A stretch of DNA of 64,000 bases from an uncultured Chloroflexia bacterium (GCA_963727055.1 CAVSEN010000003.1:85810-149809), one strand, 5' to 3'. Shown: positions 35,132-45,704, numbered from the stretch's first letter. Notes: generated by a model from the letters alone, not told the origin. Numbers and translations: made by a program.

Positions 35132-37018
35132 TCAGTGGAGGTCGGTTCGCTGCCGGTCGCGGGCCAGCTCGTAGGCGGCCCGGGCGGCCCGCACGCCGGC
35201 CTGTCCGCTGGCCGCCGGGACGGGGACGTCCCACCAGGTCTCGAAGCCGGTGACCCGCTTCTCGGGCTCGGTCGGCACGAGGATCACCGTGACCCGGTCG
35301 GCGGCCCGGGCCTGGGCCAGCGCGTCCTGGAGCTCGCCCGGCGTCCGGGCGAGCAGCCCCAGGGCCCCCATCGCCTCGGCGTGGGCCCGGAAGTCGATCG
35401 GCACGTATGGTCCGCTGAGGCGCCGGCTGGCCGGATCGCGGAAGCGCAGCTCGTTGCCGAAGTCGGGCACCCCGACCGAGCGCTGGAGGGCCAGGATGCA
35501 CTGGAAGCCGTGGTTGTCGAGGACGACGATCGTGAGCTTCAGGCCCTCGGCCACGGCCGTCACGATCTCCGAGTTCATCATCAGGTACGAGCCATCGCCG
35601 ACCATCACGACGACCTCGCGTTCGGGCTCCGCCAGCCGGACGCCCAGCCCGGCGGCGATCTCGTAGCCCATGCACGAGAAGCCGTACTCGACGTGGTAGG
35701 CCTTCGGGTCCTCGACCCGCCACAGGCGGAGCAGGTCGCCGGGCAGGCTGCCGGCGGCGCAGATCACGGTGGCTCGGGCGCCGACGGCATCATTGACCAG
35801 GCCGATCACCTCGGCCTGGCCCAGGTCGCCCGGGTCGCCGCTCAGGGTGCGCAGCTTCGTGACGGCGGCGTCCCACTCCTCCTTCAGGTCGCCCGCCTTC
35901 CGGCGGTAGGCGTCATCGGTGCCCGGGTAGCCGGCCGCGGCCAGCCCGGCGCCCAGGGCCCGGAGGGCCTCCCGCGCGTCGGCGACCACCGGCACGGCCC
36001 GCAGCTTGTGGGCATCGAACGAGCCGATGTTGATCCCGATGAAGGCGACATCCGGGTCCTGGAACGTCGTGTTGGAGGCGGTCACGAAGTCGCCCAGCCG
36101 GGTGCCGACGCACACGACCAGGTCCGCGGTGCGGGCCAGCCGGTTGGCGGCCAGGCCACCGTTCGTGCCGGCCGGGCCCATGTTCATCGGGTGGTCCCAG
36201 GCCAGGGCGCCCTTGCCGGCCTGGGTCTCGACCACCGGGATTCCGAAGCGGGTCGCGAGGTCGGCCAGCTCGTCGGTGGCCTCGGAGTAGATCGTGCCCC
36301 CGCCGCTGACGATCAGCGGCGCCCGGGCGGCGGAGATCAGGCGGACCGCGTCGGCCAGGTCGGCCGCGGCCGGCAACGGCCGGCGGACGCGCCAGGTGCG
36401 CCGGTCGAAGAAGGCCAGCGGCCAGTCGAAGGCCTCGGCCTGGACATCCTCGGGCAGCGAGATCGTCGCTGCACCGGTCTCGGCCGGATCGGTCAGGACC
36501 CGAAAGGCGGCCGGCAGCGAGCCGAGCAGCTGCTCCGGCCGTGAGATCCGGTCGAAGTAGCGGGACACCGGCCGGAACGCGTCGTTCACGCTGACGTCCC
36601 GCTCGATCGGGTGCTCGACCTGCTGGAGCACCGGGTCGGGCGCCCGGTTGGCGAAGTAGTCGCTCGGGAAGAGCAGGACCGGGATCCGGTTGACGGTCGC
36701 CACTGCCGCCCCGGTCACCATGTTCAACGCCCCGGGGCCGACCGACGACGTGCAGGCGAAGGCCTGGAGGCGGTTGAGGTGCTTGGCAAAGGCCGTCGCA
36801 ATGTGGACCTGGGCCTGCTCGTTCTGGGAGCGGTAGAAGGGCATCGCCTCGGCCGCCCCGAGCTCCTCCAGGGCCTGGCCCAGCCCGGCGACGTTGCCGT
36901 GCCCGAAGATGCCCCAGAAGCCGGCGATGAATCGGTGCTCTCGGCCATCGCGCTCGACGTACTGGGCGGCGCAGAAGCGAACGACGGCCTGGCCCACGGT
37001 CAGCCGGACAGTGTCCAT
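35132..37018 (-). CDS. iolD: 3D-(3,5/4)-trihydroxycyclohexane-1,2-dione acylhydrolase (TPP-dependent)
   Basis: MDTVRLTVGQAVVRF start. It shows the acetolactate-synthase-like ThDP fold (GDGSYLMMNSE). Confidence 0.85.
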   Translation of the reverse strand: MDTVRLTVGQAVVRFCAAQYVERDGREHRFIAGFWGIFGHGNVAGLGQALEELGAAEAMPFYRSQNEQAQVHIATAFAKHLNRLQAFACTSSVGPGALNMVTGAAVATVNRIPVLLFPSDYFANRAPDPVLQQVEHPIERDVSVNDAFRPVSRYFDRISRPEQLLGSLPAAFRVLTDPAETGAATISLPEDVQAEAFDWPLAFFDRRTWRVRRPLPAAADLADAVRLISAARAPLIVSGGGTIYSEATDELADLATRFGIPVVETQAGKGALAWDHPMNMGPAGTNGGLAANRLARTADLVVCVGTRLGDFVTASNTTFQDPDVAFIGINIGSFDAHKLRAVPVVADAREALRALGAGLAAAGYPGTDDAYRRKAGDLKEEWDAAVTKLRTLSGDPGDLGQAEVIGLVNDAVGARATVICAAGSLPGDLLRLWRVEDPKAYHVEYGFSCMGYEIAAGLGVRLAEPEREVVVMVGDGSYLMMNSEIVTAVAEGLKLTIVVLDNHGFQCILALQRSVGVPDFGNELRFRDPASRRLSGPYVPIDFRAHAEAMGALGLLARTPGELQDALAQARAADRVTVILVPTEPEKRVTGFETWWDVPVPAASGQAGVRAARAAYELARDRQRTDLH

Positions 37019-37027
37019 CGAGCCTCC

Positions 37028-37045
37028 TTGCGCAACCGATTGCAA
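37028..37045. promoter_or_regulatory. LacI-type operator candidate TTGCGCAACCGATTGCAA
   Basis: It lies in the 83-nt divergent region between iolD (start 37018) and paralog B (start 37101). Confidence 0.55.
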
Positions 37046-37100
37046 CGAAGGTATCATCGCCGCTCACTCCACGTCAACATCGGTCGGAGGGGTCGGCGTG

Positions 37101-39710
37101 ATGACCATCGGGCGCTCCGCTGTGACCTCGCCTGCGGCCCGCCCGATCGACCTCTCGGCGAGCTGGAACGCCTCGGACGCCGAGCTCGGAGCCCGCCTCC
37201 ATCCGCTCTACGGCTCGGCGCTCGGCCGCTTGCCCGAGGGCGACCAGGCGTTCCGCGGACTCCCGTTCCGGCTCGGCAGCCGGGCGGTCGGCGCGCGCTG
37301 GATCGCGGTCGGCGACGGCCTGACGGTCGAGCTGGGGCAGGGGAGCGGCAACGAAGGTCGGGCGAGCCACCTCGTCGTTGCCCACTTCAGCGACAGCTGG
37401 CGAGAGCCGGCCGGTGGCCGGCCGGCCGGGATGCCCGTCGGCTGGGTCCTGCCCACCGGCGAGCCGCTGGCCCGCTACGAGGTGCTGTTTGGCGCCGGGC
37501 GGAGCCAGGTGCTCAACGTCCGGCGCCGGTTCGAGATCGCCGACGGGGTCATCGGCTGGGGCTTCCTGCCGTTCGCCGCCGTCGGTCACCAGGCCGACGA
37601 GGCCCTCAGACTGGCGTGGCCCGTTTCCGCGCCAGGAGGCGGGTCGAACGGCGCCGGCCGGTCACGCCGGCGCGCTCACGATGCTGCCCGGGTCCTGGGC
37701 CGCGGGCCAGTCAGGGGCGGTCGACTACGTGCCCTCGGCCGACGACGACATCACCCTCTGGCTGCACGCCATCCCCCTCGACGACGGCCGCCTGCCGGCG
37801 GCGATCCGGCTCGTCCCGCTGGGGTCGGGGCGGCCGGGCACGGAGGTGGTGCTGGCCGGGTTGACCGCGTTCGAAGGCACGGCCGACCCGCTCGTCCTGG
37901 CCGGGCGACGGGCGTTCCGCGTCGGCGGCAGCCGGGCCTGGCCGGCGATCGACCTGGGCGTCGGGATCCGCGCTCGGCCTGCCGTCCCGGCGCCGCGCCG
38001 AGCAGAGCCGGAGGGGCCCCTCGGCTGGGGACGCGAGGCCGAGCTCGAGCCCGATCGGCGTGCTCGACACGATCGTCGATGCCGCCCTGGCAGCCGACGC
38101 CCGGCTGACGTTCGGGGGCTGGTCGGTAGCCGCCACCGAGCTCGGCAACGAGGTCGTGACCAGCCCGGATGGGACGATCTCGATCCGGGCCCTGCCCAAC
38201 CCCGTGATCCGCGTCGACGTGCGCGTCTCGGCCGGCGGGGAGCCCACCCCGAGCCGGGTCCGGTTCGTTGCCGGCGACGGCCGCTACCTGCCGCCGGTCG
38301 GCCATCGCGACGAGGTCAACCCGGGCATCTTCGAGGACAGCGGTGCAGGCCTGATCCTGGGCGCCGACACGTTCGCCTACGTCCCGGGCGAGTTCCGGGT
38401 CGACCTGCCGGTCGGCGCCGGTCGAGGTCGAGGTGGTCAAGGGCTTCGACCATCGCCCGGTCCGGATGGCGATCGAGGTCGGGCCGCAGGCGCGTGAGCT
38501 CGTCGATCGACCTCGACCGCCCGATCGACCTGCGCCCGGCCGGCTGGCTGACGTCCGACTCCCACGTCCACTACATCTCCCCGTCGACCGCCCTGCTCCA
38601 GGCGGCCGCCGAGGACGTGGCCTTCGTCCACCTCCTGGCGACCCAGCTGGGCGACCATTTCACCAACATCCCCGACCTCAGCTGGGGTTCGCAGGTCGAG
38701 CCGGGCGGCCGGCACGCGGTCATCGTCGGCACCGAGAACCGGCAGAACGTGCTCGGGCACCTCGCCCTCCTCGGCGCCCGTCGGCCGGTGGCGCCGTACG
38801 CCTCCGGCGGGGCGCCCGAGGGCCGGATCGGGCAGCCGGTCAGCGAGCTGCTCGCCGACTGGGCCGCCGAGTGCCACGCCCAGGGCGGCCTGGTGGTCGC
38901 GGCCCATTTCCCCCTGCCGTTCGCCGAGATCGCGGCCGACATCGTCGCCGGCGAGATTGACGCGGTCGAGATGCAGTGCTTCGCGCCCGGTCTCGACAAC
39001 CCGTCGATCCTCGAGTGGTACCGGTTCCTCAACTGCGGCTACCGCCTGCCGGTCCTGGGGGGCACCGACAAGATGTCGGCCGAGGTGCCGGTCGGTGCCG
39101 TCCGGACCTACGCCCGGCTCGACCCCGACGTCGCCGCCGACCTTCGAGGCCTGGTCGGCCGCCGTCCGCGCGGGCCGGACCTTCGCGACCTCGGGGCCGG
39201 TCCTCGAGCTGCTCGTCGACGGCCACGAGCCGGGTGACGTGCTGTCGCTGCCGGCCTCCGGCGGCCGCCTCGCGGTCGACGTCCGGGCCAGGGCGGCCCA
39301 GCCCGTCATCCAGGCGATCGAGCTGGTCGTCAACGGCCGGGTCGTCGCCCGCGAGGCGGCCGGCGCGGAGACCGGCGAGCTGCGCCTGGCGGCGAACGTC
39401 ACGATCGAGGCCGGCTCATGGATCGCGGCCCGGGCCCTGCAGCGATCGCCAGGTCTACTCGGCGTTCCGCTCGAGCATGGCCGCCCACACCTCGCCGGTC
39501 TACGTCGACGTCCTCGACCACCCGCTCCTCGTCGCCGCCGATGCGCAGGCGATCCTGGCCGTGATCGACGGGACCGCGCGCTGGCTCGAGACGATGGCGG
39601 CGATCGACGATCCCGCCGTCCGGGCCCGGATGGTGGCCCGGATCGAGGCAAGCGGCCGCCGCCTGCGCGGCCGGCTCCGGCAACAGGCAGAGGGAGGCGT
39701 CCTGAGATGA
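37101..39710 (+). pseudogene. Uncharacterised large hydrolase-like protein, paralog B (~45% identical to paralog A by eye), interrupted by ~6 frameshifts
   Basis: GGAGG-GTG-ATG start. It is collinear with paralog A across frames. Frameshifts lie near 37607, 38055, 38415, 38496, 39130 and 39440. The C-terminal motifs are conserved (WLTSDSHVHYISP, GTENRQNVLGHLALLG, AAHFPLPFAEIAAD, GTDKMS). Confidence 0.7.
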
Positions 39711-40579
39711 AGATCGCGCTCGATCCATACATGCTCCGCGAGCGGCCCTTCGGCGAGGTCTGCCGGATCGCGGCGGACATCGGCTACGACTCGATCGAGC
39801 TCTCGCCGCGGCCCGACTTCATCCCCTTCTTCGTCCACCCGCGGGCCGACCGGGCCAAGGTCGCCGAGTTCCGGACCGCGCTCCGCGAGACGGGCCTCGA
39901 GCTGGCCTCGATCCTGCCCCTCTACCGCTGGTCGAGCCCGGACGAGGACGAGCGCCAGGCGGCGGTCCGCTACTGGAAGCGGGCGATCGAGCTGTGCGTC
40001 GACGTCGGCTGCAGCACGATGAACTCGGAGTTCAACGGCCGGCCCGAGCTGGCCGCCCAGAGCGAGGCCCAGTTCTGGCGCTCGATGGAGGAGCTCCTGC
40101 CGATCTTCGAGCGGGAAGGGATCCGGCTCAACCTGGAGGCCCACCCGGACGACTTCATCGAGCGCAACCAGGAGGCCGTCGACCTCGTCCGGGGGATCGA
40201 CTCGGACCTCGTCCGCTACGTGTTCTGCGCGCCGCACACGTACTACCTGGGCGACGACATCGCGGCGATGATCGCCTACGCCGCGCCGGTCCTCGCCCAG
40301 GTCCACATCGCCGACGTGCTCAACCACCGGGCGTCCTCCGGCCTGCGCTACATCGTCAACCCGCCCGGGTCGCCGGCCCGGGTCCACCAGCACCTCGACA
40401 TCGGCCAGGGCGAGGTCGATTTCGAGGCCTGCTTCGGCGCGCTGGCGGCAGTCGACTTCGACGGAATCCTGACCAGCTGCGTCTTCGCCTGGGAGGAGCG
40501 TGCCGTGGAGTCGTCACGGTTCATGTTCGAGACAATCCAGGGCCTGCTGGGCGGGACTAGGCGAGCAGGCCGGCAATGA
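39707..40579 (+). CDS. Sugar phosphate isomerase/epimerase (xylose-isomerase-like TIM barrel)
   Basis: MKIALDPYMLRERPFGEVCRIAADIGYDSIELSP... The ATG overlaps the paralog B stop (ATGA). Confidence 0.85.
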   Translation: MKIALDPYMLRERPFGEVCRIAADIGYDSIELSPRPDFIPFFVHPRADRAKVAEFRTALRETGLELASILPLYRWSSPDEDERQAAVRYWKRAIELCVDVGCSTMNSEFNGRPELAAQSEAQFWRSMEELLPIFEREGIRLNLEAHPDDFIERNQEAVDLVRGIDSDLVRYVFCAPHTYYLGDDIAAMIAYAAPVLAQVHIADVLNHRASSGLRYIVNPPGSPARVHQHLDIGQGEVDFEACFGALAAVDFDGILTSCVFAWEERAVESSRFMFETIQGLLGGTRRAGRQ

Positions 40580-41484
40580 ACGCGGCGGCCTCGCGCACGC
40601 CGTCGGCCTGGCTCGAATAGGGGTCCTCCTGCTCGATCGACAGCGAATCGTCGTAGCCGGCCAGCCGCAGGGCGGCGACGAACTCCCGCCACCACGCCGC
40701 CGAATGGACTCGCCCGACGGTCCGGAACAGCCACGCCCGTTCGGCCGGGGTCTCGAACGGCCGATTGTCCAGGACCCCGGCCAGGGCGACCTGGGCGGCC
40801 ACGATCTCGGTGTCCTTCATGTGCACATGCTGGACGGCCGGACCGAGCGCCGCGATCACCGCGATCGGGTCCATCTGCTGCCAGAAGAGGTGGCTGGGAT
40901 CCATGTTCGCCCCGATCCGGTCGCCCACCTCGGAGCGGAAGGCGAGGGCGTCGGGGCGTTGTAGACCAGGTGGAGGGGATGGAGCTCGAACGCGATCCGG
41001 TCGACGCCGCACTGCTCGGCGAGGCGGACCTTCTCCGTCCAGAACCGGATGCCGTCGCGTCCCAGCTCCGCCGGCCGAGGGCCAGCGCGTCGTCCGGCCA
41101 GGGATACCAGGTCCAGTTGAAGGTCGTCGCGCCGGGTCCATCACCGGGGCAGCCGGCCATCGACACGATCTTGGGGACGCCCAGCTCCTGGGCGAGGCGG
41201 AGCGTCTTGCTGATCAGCTCGGAATGGGCCGGTCCGACGACCGGATGGAGCGGCCAGGCCGAGCAGTTGAGGGCCGCGATGCGCAGGCCGCGGCGCTCGA
41301 ACGCCGCCCGGAAGCTCGTTCGCGCGGCCGCGCTGGCGAGGAGCTCATCGACGCGCAGGTGGGGTGCGCTCGACTGGCCGCCGGTGGCAATCTCGATCGA
41401 GCGAACGCCCGCCTCGGCGGCGACGTCGAGCGCCTCGTCGAACGAGTGGCTCGTCAGCGAGTCGGTGTACAGGCCGATATCCAC
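40557..41484 (-). pseudogene. Sugar phosphate isomerase/epimerase TIM-barrel protein with two frameshifts (near 41057 and 40948)
   Basis: GTG start at 41484 with an AAGGAG RBS. The reading frame passes through three frames: ...YPWPDDALALGRR / ELGRDGIRFWTEKVRLAEQCGVDRIAFELHPLHLVYNA / PDALAFRSEVGDRIGANMDPSHLFWQQMDP...HVHMKD... Confidence 0.7.
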
Positions 41485-41555
41485 GCGGGCTCCTTGCGTT
41501 CCAGGCGTGTGCGCGAGCGGAAAGCCTCCTGCCCGGGCCTGCTCATGATAGACTG

Positions 41556-41571
41556 TGCTAACGATTGCACG
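41556..41571. promoter_or_regulatory. LacI-type operator candidate GTGCTAACGATTGCAC
   Basis: It lies just downstream of a TAGACT -10-like hexamer, ~18 nt upstream of the P450 ATG, and is divergent from the TIM-barrel pseudogene. Confidence 0.4.
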
Positions 41572-41588
41572 CCGCGTGGGAGCTGACG

Positions 41589-42782
41589 ATGCCACAAGCC
41601 AATTCGGTGGTGTTGAACGACGGCCCGATCCCGTGGGATCCCCTCCTGCCCCTCGACGATCCGTATCCCGGCTACCGCAGGCTGCGCGACGAGGCGCCGC
41701 TCTACCACCACCTCGGCCGAGACGTGTGGGCCCTGTCACGCTTCGATGACGTCCAGAAGGCGGCCCGCGACTGGGCGACGTTCTCGAGCCGCGAGGGCAA
41801 CGACCACGACGACACCTACCAGCTGTTCCTGCCCGCCGGCGACGTGGCCGGGGTGGATCCGCCGGTCCACACCCGCCTGCGCAAGGTCTTCCGCGAGGCG
41901 TTCAATCCGACGGCAGTCCGCGAGCGCTTCGAGCCGCCGGTCCGGGTCGCGGCGCGGGCCCTGGTCGAGGCGTTCGCCGAGGCGGGCAAGGCCGACTTCG
42001 CCCAGGACCTGGCCCGGCCACTGCCCGGCCAGATGATGTGCACCTGGCTCGGCTTCCCGGCCGAGGATCATGCGATGCTCCTCGGCTGGTTCGGCCACCT
42101 GCTGGACCGGGTGCCCGGCGACCGGGCGCTGCCGGCCAGCACGCTCCATGCCCGCGACCAGCTCCAGGCCTACATTGGCGAAGCGGCCGCCGACCGGCGG
42201 GTCCATCCCGGCAATGACCTGCTGAGCACGATGGTCCAGGCTGAGCGCGAGGGCCTGATCAGCAACGACGAGATCCTGGGCAGCTCGGTCCTGCTGTTCC
42301 TGGCCGGGATCACCACGACCGCCGGGCTGATCTCGAACTCGCTCTTCCACCTCGAGCGGCATCCTGATCAGCTGGCGTTGCTGCGCGACGAACCCGCCCG
42401 GATCCCGAATGCCGTCGAGGAGCTGTTGCGCTTCGACGCCCCGATCCAGACACTGATCCGGGTCACGACCCACGACGTCGACATGGATGGGCAGGTGATT
42501 CCCGAGGGCGCGGTGATGAGCCTGATCTGGGCTTCGGCCAACCACGACGAGCGCCGCTGGCCCGACGCGGACCAGCTCGACGTCACCCGCGAGCCCGAGC
42601 GCCACCTGGCATTCGGCGAAGGGATCCACCACTGCATCGGGGCGCCCCTCGCCCGGCTCGAGGGCCGGATCGCCTTCGAGGAGCTCTTCGCCCGGATCCC
42701 CGACTACCGGATCAGCGGACCCACCGAGCGGATCAGCACGCCGACCGACCGCGCCTTCAAGCACCTGCCGGTCGAGTTCTGA
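41589..42782 (+). CDS. Cytochrome P450
   Basis: Haem-binding FGEGIHHCIGAPLA, the EELLRF ExxR motif and the AGITTT I-helix are present. The ATG start has a GGGAG RBS. The listed 41565 start is a TTG. Confidence 0.9.
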   Translation: MPQANSVVLNDGPIPWDPLLPLDDPYPGYRRLRDEAPLYHHLGRDVWALSRFDDVQKAARDWATFSSREGNDHDDTYQLFLPAGDVAGVDPPVHTRLRKVFREAFNPTAVRERFEPPVRVAARALVEAFAEAGKADFAQDLARPLPGQMMCTWLGFPAEDHAMLLGWFGHLLDRVPGDRALPASTLHARDQLQAYIGEAAADRRVHPGNDLLSTMVQAEREGLISNDEILGSSVLLFLAGITTTAGLISNSLFHLERHPDQLALLRDEPARIPNAVEELLRFDAPIQTLIRVTTHDVDMDGQVIPEGAVMSLIWASANHDERRWPDADQLDVTREPERHLAFGEGIHHCIGAPLARLEGRIAFEELFARIPDYRISGPTERISTPTDRAFKHLPVEF

Positions 42783-42798
42783 GCCGGCCCTCGCGGGC

Positions 42799-43563
42799 CT
42801 AGTCCGCGATCGGGTTCACCTCGACCGGCTGGCGAATGATCGTCCTCAGCCGATCGGGAGCCGTCCGGTTCGGGTCGCCCAGGTAGATCTCGTGGTGGCA
42901 GCCTCGAGCCCGGAGGCCCGCGGCCTCGATCGCCCGATGCAGCTCGACGATCGTGCCCGCCTCGGTCGAGTACGGGCCGACATGGATCATCTGGGCAACC
43001 CGGCCCTCACGCCAGGCCTCGACCCGCAGGCGGGCCAGCCCTTCGGGATGCTTCTTGCGGGCGACCTCGTCGATCGCCGCCCGGAGGTCCTCCGGCCCGG
43101 CTTCGGTCGGGACGGGCAGGAGCAGGCGCCAATGCCAGTCGGGCGACGTCTTGAGGTCGAAGCCCTGCGGCCCGATCGGGCGCTCCGCCCGGCCGAACCA
43201 GTACAGGCCCTCGAGGACGCCCACCCGGGCCCCCTGGCCACGCCGGCGCAACGCGAAGTGAAGCGCGTAGGCGACCGGGTAGATCGCGCCGATCGCCACG
43301 CGGAAGGCCGAGTCGCCGGGCGCCCCCCGTCCATCGACCATCAGGTAGCGGCGTTCCGGCACGGCCAGGAAGCGGACCCGGCCGGCCGGCGCAGCGAGCA
43401 GGTCGGCCTCGGTCACCGGCTCATCGAAGCGGGGGCCACGCGGGGGAGCAGAGGCGAGGACCATGGTCGACCTCCGGCAATCGCGGCCGCCGAGCGTCGA
43501 GCCGACGGCCTGGCGTTCCGATCGTGAGCCACTCGGGACCGCCTGGACAGTGCCCATGGTCAT
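42799..43563 (-). CDS. GyrI-like small-molecule-binding domain protein
   Basis: GyrI-like/AraC-effector-binding fold signature. The start is ambiguous: 43563 is coupled (ATGA) to the upstream stop, while 43464 would give MVLASAPP... Confidence 0.65.
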   Translation of the reverse strand: MTMGTVQAVPSGSRSERQAVGSTLGGRDCRRSTMVLASAPPRGPRFDEPVTEADLLAAPAGRVRFLAVPERRYLMVDGRGAPGDSAFRVAIGAIYPVAYALHFALRRRGQGARVGVLEGLYWFGRAERPIGPQGFDLKTSPDWHWRLLLPVPTEAGPEDLRAAIDEVARKKHPEGLARLRVEAWREGRVAQMIHVGPYSTEAGTIVELHRAIEAAGLRARGCHHEIYLGDPNRTAPDRLRTIIRQPVEVNPIAD

Positions 43564-45704
43564 GAATCGGGCCGGACGGGCGGCGATCCCGGCGGCCGCA
43601 CCCGCCAGCCGTCGATCAGCTCGCGTGCCCGCCGGCGGAGGGCGAAGGCAGCTTCGTCGCCCGCGGCGAGCGCCTCCTCGAGCCCGTCGAGGGTGTCGTA
43701 GATCGCCCCCCAGGCGACCCGCTCGGCCTCGATCCGGGCGGCGAACGCCTCCCCGTCGGCGGTGGCGGCCAGGGTCTCGAGCAGGCGCCTGGCGCCGATC
43801 GTGGCATACGACCGGCCGAGCTCCGGCTTGCCGGCCTGGTAGGCCTCGACGATCCGCAGCGCGAAGCGGAGCAGGACGCAGGTGATCGGCAGGCGCGAGA
43901 TGAAGCCGCCGGTGAACGGGTCGGCCAGGGCCTTGATCGAGCCGACCGTCGGCCGGCCGCCGGCAGCCCCGCTCGCCAGCGCCCGCGCATACGCCGAGAA
44001 GACCAGGATCCGGACGTCGTCGCCGACGAGCTTGCCGGCCTGGGCGGCCTCGATCGCCGCCCTGGCGTAGGCGTCCTTGTCGTGGCGCATGACGAGTCCG
44101 GCGGCATGGACGTAGGCCAGCCGCGGACCCTGCCGGCCCTGGACCGACAGCCCATAGGCCTGGTCCTCGGCGCGGCCGATGAACGACGGCGTGAACGGGC
44201 GGTGGCGGCGCAGGGCGTCGACCAGGATCCCGTTCGTGCCGCCGGTCACGTGGACCCGCTCGAGGGCGGTCCCGACGCCGTCCGGGCGCGGGCCGTCGTA
44301 GCGCTCGACCATCTCGGCCCGGGTCGAGACCGCCTGGGGCAGGGGACTGAAGAAGACCTGCTCGGACGGCCGTCGGGGATCGGCCGGGATCGGCACGTCG
44401 GGACTGAACAGGCCGTCCCCGAGGTCACCGGCATTGACCAGGGCCCCGGCGAGCATCCCCAGGTCCACCGGCCGGCCGTCGCCGTCCCGGGCGCGGGCAC
44501 CCCACAGCGGCGTCTCCAGGTGCTGGAGCGCCGTTCGGCCGGTCTGGGCGATCAGCTCGGGCTGGGGGAAGACCTGGTCGAGATCGATCTTGAACGTGCC
44601 CCGGATCCCGGGGTCGACGAGCACCGCCCAGACCGCGGCGATCGCCTTGAGGAACGAGTAATGCCGCCCGTACTCGCCGTCGACGCCGAGGACGGCCAGG
44701 TCGAGCGGCCCGTCCGGTTGGCCGGCCCGGCCGCTGGCCGGTCCGTAGCGTTCCAGCGCCGGCGCGATGACCTCGTCGACGAGCCGGCGGACATCGGTCT
44801 CGGTCACGACCAGGACGTCGACCCGCTCGAGGGCCGCAACCCGGTCGAGCTCGACCTCGATATAGCGCCGGGCGACCGCGTGCAGCTCGGTATGGGTCAC
44901 CGACACCGACAGGAGGCAGGTCAGCCGGCGCGGACCGCCCGCGGCCGGCGGTTCCGCCCCCAGCGCTTCGTCCAGCCCGGCCAGGCCGTGGAGCAGCTCG
45001 TTCGCGCGGGGAGCGACCCCGATCGGGATGGGGTGGTCGTACCAGTAGCGCTGGGGCGCCTGCCTCGCCCGCTCCACCGCGGCAGCGACCGCCGGGTCCA
45101 GTACCGGGACGTCGGCCGGGCCATCGTCGCCGGCCGGCTCGAGCGGCAGGCCGAGGAGCACGTTCGAGGTGAACAGGACCTCCCGGGCGGCATCCCCGAT
45201 CGGTCGCGCGTTCGGCGCCTCGACCTCGACGATCCGTCGCCGGCGGAGCGCCGCCACCGAACCGGCGATATCGGGCGCGAGGCCGACCGCCTCCGGGTAC
45301 AGGACGGACCAGGCGGCCTCGGTCGCGGCCCGGTCAGCGGTCGCCGAGTGGGTCAGGGTGGCGGCCGCCCGGTCGAGGCGGGCGGCGAAGTCCGGGTCGT
45401 CCGCCGAGCGGTCGGCGACCTCCCGGCGAATCGCGGCCGTTGCCTCGCGGAACAGCGCGACGAGGCCGGCCGGGGCATCCACGGGCGGGCCGTCGAGAAC
45501 GGCCCGGGCCCGTTCGACGGCCGGATGATCCGGGCCGCTGAGCAGGACCAGGAAGGCCGAGGCCACGATTGCGGCGCCCTGGCCGTCCGGCGGCGGCCGG
45601 TCGGGCGACGGTCGGCCGTCGAGCCAGCGCTCCGGGTCGAGGGCGCCGGCGTGCCGATTCGGGTCGATGAGGTAGCCGACGATCGCCGACAGTGGATCCG
45701 TCAT
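43560..45704 (-). CDS. Hypothetical 714-aa protein of unknown function
   Basis: It is an intact long ORF with protein-like composition. No family was recognised by eye. It sits between the AraC and GyrI-like genes on the same strand. Confidence 0.55.
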   Translation of the reverse strand: MTDPLSAIVGYLIDPNRHAGALDPERWLDGRPSPDRPPPDGQGAAIVASAFLVLLSGPDHPAVERARAVLDGPPVDAPAGLVALFREATAAIRREVADRSADDPDFAARLDRAAATLTHSATADRAATEAAWSVLYPEAVGLAPDIAGSVAALRRRRIVEVEAPNARPIGDAAREVLFTSNVLLGLPLEPAGDDGPADVPVLDPAVAAAVERARQAPQRYWYDHPIPIGVAPRANELLHGLAGLDEALGAEPPAAGGPRRLTCLLSVSVTHTELHAVARRYIEVELDRVAALERVDVLVVTETDVRRLVDEVIAPALERYGPASGRAGQPDGPLDLAVLGVDGEYGRHYSFLKAIAAVWAVLVDPGIRGTFKIDLDQVFPQPELIAQTGRTALQHLETPLWGARARDGDGRPVDLGMLAGALVNAGDLGDGLFSPDVPIPADPRRPSEQVFFSPLPQAVSTRAEMVERYDGPRPDGVGTALERVHVTGGTNGILVDALRRHRPFTPSFIGRAEDQAYGLSVQGRQGPRLAYVHAAGLVMRHDKDAYARAAIEAAQAGKLVGDDVRILVFSAYARALASGAAGGRPTVGSIKALADPFTGGFISRLPITCVLLRFALRIVEAYQAGKPELGRSYATIGARRLLETLAATADGEAFAARIEAERVAWGAIYDTLDGLEEALAAGDEAAFALRRRARELIDGWRVRPPGSPPVRPDS

